In this document: positions 60,271-64,000 of the stretch, piece by piece
Layout of the letters: each line of letters opens with the position of its first letter
Position numbering within the stretch: position 1 is the first letter of the stretch
Assembly: GCA_963751455.1 (NCBI GenBank)
Contig: CAVVUN010000012.1
Coordinates: 64,001 to 128,000 of the forward strand
From: Nitrospirota bacterium
Lineage (GTDB): Bacteria; Nitrospirota; UBA9217
Length of the DNA: 64,000 bases
Direction: 5' to 3'
Notes under the pieces: generated by a model
Databases searched by the model: none
The model's input: the letters and a program-made list of their open reading frames with translations, nothing else
What the model was told of the DNA's origin: nothing
Made by a program: the position numbers and the translations under genes

Positions 60271-61225
60271 TTCCCTTTGCCACGGCCTCCGCCGTCCTTG
60301 TTCGGTCCTGTTCCATTCCCGCTTCCAGAACGATTGCCGGCGCGTTTATTGCCTTGAGGGCTGCAAGAGGCGCCTGGAGGGGTTCGGATTCATCTTTGCC
60401 GCTGAACTCGCGGGCCAGGATGCGGCCGAGCAGGCCGCTCTCTTTTGCATGGGCCGCCTGCTGCCTGCCCCACAGCATTTCCTCCTGCCGGCTTCCGCTC
60501 TCGAACCCGAGAAAATCACTGTTAGCGCGCTTTGCCGGCTGCTCAGCGGCATCTTCATCCGGATCCTGGATATAGATATGTTCATGCACCCCGGCAGCCA
60601 TATGAATGCTTATGAAAACTTCGGCGCCTTTGGCATTCGCTTCTGCGGCCCGCTCGTCCAGAGAAAGCATTCGATCATTGTCCCTGGTCAGGAGCACGTT
60701 CAGGCGCTGGTTTCTCTGCAGCAACTTTTTAATTGCGTGGGCGACTTCGAGCGTGATTGACTTCTCCTGCCCCCGGGCGGTAATAATGCCCGTGTCTCTG
60801 CCGCCATGGCCCGGGTCGAGCATTATCACTATGGGCTTGTCAGGCTGCGGAACCGGAGCAGCGGCCGCCGCGCCTTTTGCGATATCGAGAACGATGCGGT
60901 CGGGACCGCGCAGCACGAAATCCTTCGCTTCTCCGGCAGCCGGACCGAGCTGGATCAGGATCGTCTTTCTCCCCGCGTCGTCCTTCAGCTCGATTCCGTT
61001 TACAATGCCGTCGTGGATCAGCGGCAGGGAAGAAGCAAGGGCAAAAGGACCGTCATATGCGGAAAGAAAAAGTGTCTTGCCGTCCGGGGTTTTCGTGCGC
61101 ACATAGGGCGCGGCTGCCTCTACTTCGAAAACAATGCGCGTGAATGCGGAATACGAAAAAGACCGGACGCTCTTCACCGTAAGCCCCTTTTCGGCGGTTG
61201 CAGCAACGCCGGGAAGCAGCAGCAT
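60242..61225 (-). CDS. N-acetylmuramoyl-L-alanine amidase (Amidase_3); true start may be ~61257 across a 1-bp indel
   Basis: PDRIVLD, LDPGHGG, EK, LTR, FISIH, VLE. Confidence 0.88.
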   Translation of the reverse strand: MLLLPGVAATAEKGLTVKSVRSFSYSAFTRIVFEVEAAAPYVRTKTPDGKTLFLSAYDGPFALASSLPLIHDGIVNGIELKDDAGRKTILIQLGPAAGEAKDFVLRGPDRIVLDIAKGAAAAAPVPQPDKPIVIMLDPGHGGRDTGIITARGQEKSITLEVAHAIKKLLQRNQRLNVLLTRDNDRMLSLDERAAEANAKGAEVFISIHMAAGVHEHIYIQDPDEDAAEQPAKRANSDFLGFESGSRQEEMLWGRQQAAHAKESGLLGRILAREFSGKDESEPLQAPLAALKAINAPAIVLEAGMEQDRTRTAEAVAKGIERYVGENR

Positions 61226-61556
61226 GGCGAAAGTATCAGTTTTAACAGACTACGCATTTAAGTGGTCATACTAACATATCAAGACTTTTTGCGCAAGAAA
61301 AAGGCCGCAAATTCCTCAAAAAAAACCGGCCAATACAGGAAAAATGGTGTGTGCAGGCGCTCATTATCATGTAGTCATCTTTAGGAACGGAAGATTGATT
61401 GGTAGCCGCAGGCTTTATCCTGCGAAAATCGTTTTAAAAGAGCTTGTCGGATTCATTGTTGTAAAAATATCTCCTTGATTCTTACTCTCGAATATGGGAG
61501 ATGAATCAAGGGAATTATTTGCTTTCGCCGGCCCGGCTGTGTTAATCTGGCGACCG

Positions 61557-63485
61557 ATGAACGCTTTGAAGATGTTCGGACAACAAGGGATCCTTTCGAG
61601 GGCAATGCCGGGGACTTACGAGCATCGGCCCCAGCAGTTCGAGATGGCCGAGGCGGTCGAAGCCGCGCTCGAAGCGAAGACGCATTTGATCGTGGAGGCG
61701 GGTACGGGCGTGGGCAAGAGCCTGGCGTATCTCGTGCCGCTGATCGTCTGGGCCAGGGACGCGAACCAGCGGGCCGTTGTGGCGACATATACCAAGGCCC
61801 TCCAGCAGCAGCTTGTCGGCAAGGACCTTCCGTTCCTGAAGAAAGTACTCGGCGATTTCCGGTTCGCCCTCTGCGTCGGAGGAGAAAACTATCTGTGCCT
61901 TCGCAGGTTCGACCAGCTCCGCATGGGCGACCTGTATGAGCAGGCCGAAGTGCGGCAATTGAACGGCCTGTTCGAGTGGTCAACCCGGACGCGGAGCGGT
62001 CTCAGGAGCGACCTCGAAATCGAACCGTCCGCCGGGCTCTGGTCCAAGGCCTGCCGGCAGGCAGACCTTTGCTTCGGCAAGGACTGCTCCTATCATAAAG
62101 ACTGCTTTTACCAGAAAGCCAAGGCCTTTGAACAGCAGGCGCATATTCTCGTCGCAAACCACCACCTCTTCTTCGCGGACATGGCAACCGGCAACAACGT
62201 GCTTCCGTTTCACAAGGTAGTGGTCTTTGACGAGGCGCACCAGGTCGAGGAGGTGGCAACCGACTACCTCGGAGTGGAAGTGTCCAATGCCTCGGTCCGC
62301 TACCTGCTCGACACCCTTCTCAGCCACCGTACCCGCAAAGGCCTGCTTACACGGTTGACAACGCAGGGAGCAGAAGTACAGATGCTCCGCGGCATGGTAG
62401 AGGGCCTCCGCGTCATCGCTGAAAACTTTTTTCTGAACCTCCACCCCTTCGTAAAGGATGAGCCCGTGCTGCGCCTCCGAAGGAAAGATATCGTACCGGA
62501 CATTCTGAGCGAGCCCCTTCTCGAACTCAGGGACACTCTTCTGGAACTCGTGGTGGAAACACATGAAGAAGAGCTCGAGGTCAAGGCCTTTGCGTCACGC
62601 GCGCAGGCGCTTGCAGGGGCTGTACGGATGAACCTCGGGCAGAAGGAGGAAGGCTTCGTATACTGGGCGGAACGCGAGAATCAGCGCTACCGGCTGGTCG
62701 CGTCGCCGATCGATGTGGCCGGCAGCCTCCGAGAGGACCTGTTCGGAAAAGCCGAGACAGTTGTGCTGACCTCCGCCACGCTTTCCACGGCAGGAAACTT
62801 CACATACATCCGTGACCGGCTCGGCCTTGACGCGCCCACAGAGCTTCTCCTCGATTCCCCCTTTGATTTCGAGAACCAGATGATGCTTTATATCGCCCCT
62901 GGTCTTGACGACCCCCAGGCCGGGGACTACGCCAATAAGTTCTCTTGCGAGCTGTCAGGACTGCTTTCCGTAACGCACGGAAGGACCATGGTTCTGTTCA
63001 CCAGCTACGGGCAGCTCAAACGGACCGCGGAAACCTTGAGAAGCGAAATGCCGCACCTCGCAATTCTCTGCCAGGGAGAGATGCCGGCCTACCGCTTGAT
63101 CGAGCAGTTCAAAACCGTTCCGAACGGCGTACTCCTCGGCACCGCGTCCTTCTGGCAGGGAATCGATATCCCGGGCGAAGCGCTCCAGTGCGTGGTGATC
63201 GCAAAACTTCCCTTTGCCGTGCCGGACGATCCCATTATCGAGGCAAGAATGGAGCGGCTCAAAAACCCGTTCTTCGAGTACCAGGTCCCGCAGGCAACGC
63301 TACTCTTCAGGCAGGGTTTCGGCAGGCTGATTCGTACAAAAACGGACAAGGGCTGCGTTGCAGTTCTCGATTCACGGATTACAACTAAGAACTATGGCAG
63401 GTCGTTTTTGAAGTCGATCCCGAAGTGCAGGATAACGGATGAGAGAGAAGAGTTCAGGAAATTTTTCGAGGGGCTGAGGAAGTAA
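61557..63485 (+). CDS. DinG/YoaA-family ATP-dependent DNA helicase
   Basis: EAGTGVGKS, Fe-S cysteines, DEAH, TSATL, FWQGIDIPG, QGFGRLIR. Confidence 0.95.
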   Translation: MNALKMFGQQGILSRAMPGTYEHRPQQFEMAEAVEAALEAKTHLIVEAGTGVGKSLAYLVPLIVWARDANQRAVVATYTKALQQQLVGKDLPFLKKVLGDFRFALCVGGENYLCLRRFDQLRMGDLYEQAEVRQLNGLFEWSTRTRSGLRSDLEIEPSAGLWSKACRQADLCFGKDCSYHKDCFYQKAKAFEQQAHILVANHHLFFADMATGNNVLPFHKVVVFDEAHQVEEVATDYLGVEVSNASVRYLLDTLLSHRTRKGLLTRLTTQGAEVQMLRGMVEGLRVIAENFFLNLHPFVKDEPVLRLRRKDIVPDILSEPLLELRDTLLELVVETHEEELEVKAFASRAQALAGAVRMNLGQKEEGFVYWAERENQRYRLVASPIDVAGSLREDLFGKAETVVLTSATLSTAGNFTYIRDRLGLDAPTELLLDSPFDFENQMMLYIAPGLDDPQAGDYANKFSCELSGLLSVTHGRTMVLFTSYGQLKRTAETLRSEMPHLAILCQGEMPAYRLIEQFKTVPNGVLLGTASFWQGIDIPGEALQCVVIAKLPFAVPDDPIIEARMERLKNPFFEYQVPQATLLFRQGFGRLIRTKTDKGCVAVLDSRITTKNYGRSFLKSIPKCRITDEREEFRKFFEGLRK

Positions 63486-63509
63486 GTATAGCGGTTTCGT
63501 TGTTTTTAA

Positions 63510-63576
63510 TTATAACGCGCGCCTGAAGAGCCGGGCGGGCTTGATCGCCCGGCCTCTTTCGAGCCGCAGGTTGGCA
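63510..63576 (-). mobile_element. attC site on the minus strand
   Basis: Minus strand TGCCAAC...GAAAGAGGCCGGGCG/CGCCCGGCTCTTC...GTTATAA, just after the higA stop. Confidence 0.8.
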
Positions 63577-63582
63577 GTGCGG

Positions 63583-63888
63583 TTAGGCGGTTTTCAGCGT
63601 CAAGACACGCACTTCTTTCTGAAGACGTAATTCAAGTTTGTCTTTTTCCATTTCAAGGTCGTAGCGAGCCTGAAGATTGAGCCAGAAACGCTCAGAAAGG
63701 CCGAAATAGCGGGAAAGCCTCAGCGCGGTATCAGCGGAAATTGAACGTTTTCCCTGCACGATTTCATTGATACGGCGAGGCGGGACGCTGATGTCCTTGG
63801 CGAGCCTGTATTGACTGATACCCATGGGTTCCAGAAATTCTTCAAGCAAGATCTCTCCAGGATGGATGGGCGGCATTTTTTTTCTCAT
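63583..63888 (-). CDS. higA: HigA-family antitoxin
   Basis: PIHPGEIL, RRINEI, FWLNLQ. Confidence 0.94.
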   Translation of the reverse strand: MRKKMPPIHPGEILLEEFLEPMGISQYRLAKDISVPPRRINEIVQGKRSISADTALRLSRYFGLSERFWLNLQARYDLEMEKDKLELRLQKEVRVLTLKTA

Positions 63889-63897
63889 AATTCGCTC

Positions 63898-64000
63898 CTA
63901 ATGATAATCGGTAATCTCAACATCGTAGGCATCCCCTAGATGCCATCGAAAGCATATTCTCCATTGATCGTTGATTCGTATGCTGTGCTGCCCTTCGCGG
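63898..64000 (-). CDS. higB: HigB-family toxin, 3' part (truncated by window)
   Basis: QHSIRINDQWRICFRW...VEITDYH*. Confidence 0.92.
   Translation of the reverse strand, partial: REGQHSIRINDQWRICFRWHLGDAYDVEITDYH

Noticed and set aside
1-64000. tRNA, rRNA or prophage structural genes
   Set aside because: None recognised by inspection.

Overview
Bacterial chromosomal window. The lineage cannot be determined from sequence alone; gene content and repeats resemble Nitrospirota/Desulfobacterota. Housekeeping genes lie at 1-2.4 kb (histidine kinase, response regulator, rlmD) and 39.6-63.5 kb (cell-envelope glycosylation genes, secA, lptD, folC, murI, amidase, DinG-type helicase). Between them is a ~33-kb accessory region built around integron elements: (i) an integrase-less cassette array at 8.67-14.29 kb behind an attI-like site with two tandem sigma-54 promoters; (ii) an internally deleted integron integrase with its attI and a second array at 32.3-39.5 kb; (iii) the edge of a third, minus-strand cassette at 63.5 kb. 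The strongest candidates for new biology are: a cassette encoding a TIR domain fused to a DnaB helicase domain whose catalytic residues are replaced (candidate decoy anti-phage sensor); a MerR-linked MerB-like gene whose two catalytic Cys codons are both in-frame TGA with SECIS-like hairpins (candidate di-selenocysteine organomercury lyase, split in the ORF track); a gene-less cassette whose body is complementary to its own attC; and a Ser/Thr kinase-FHA-vWA-PP2C network with an FHA-sigma54 activator and matching sigma-54 promoters. Several single-base indels may be assembly errors. All family assignments are by motif recognition; no database searches were run.
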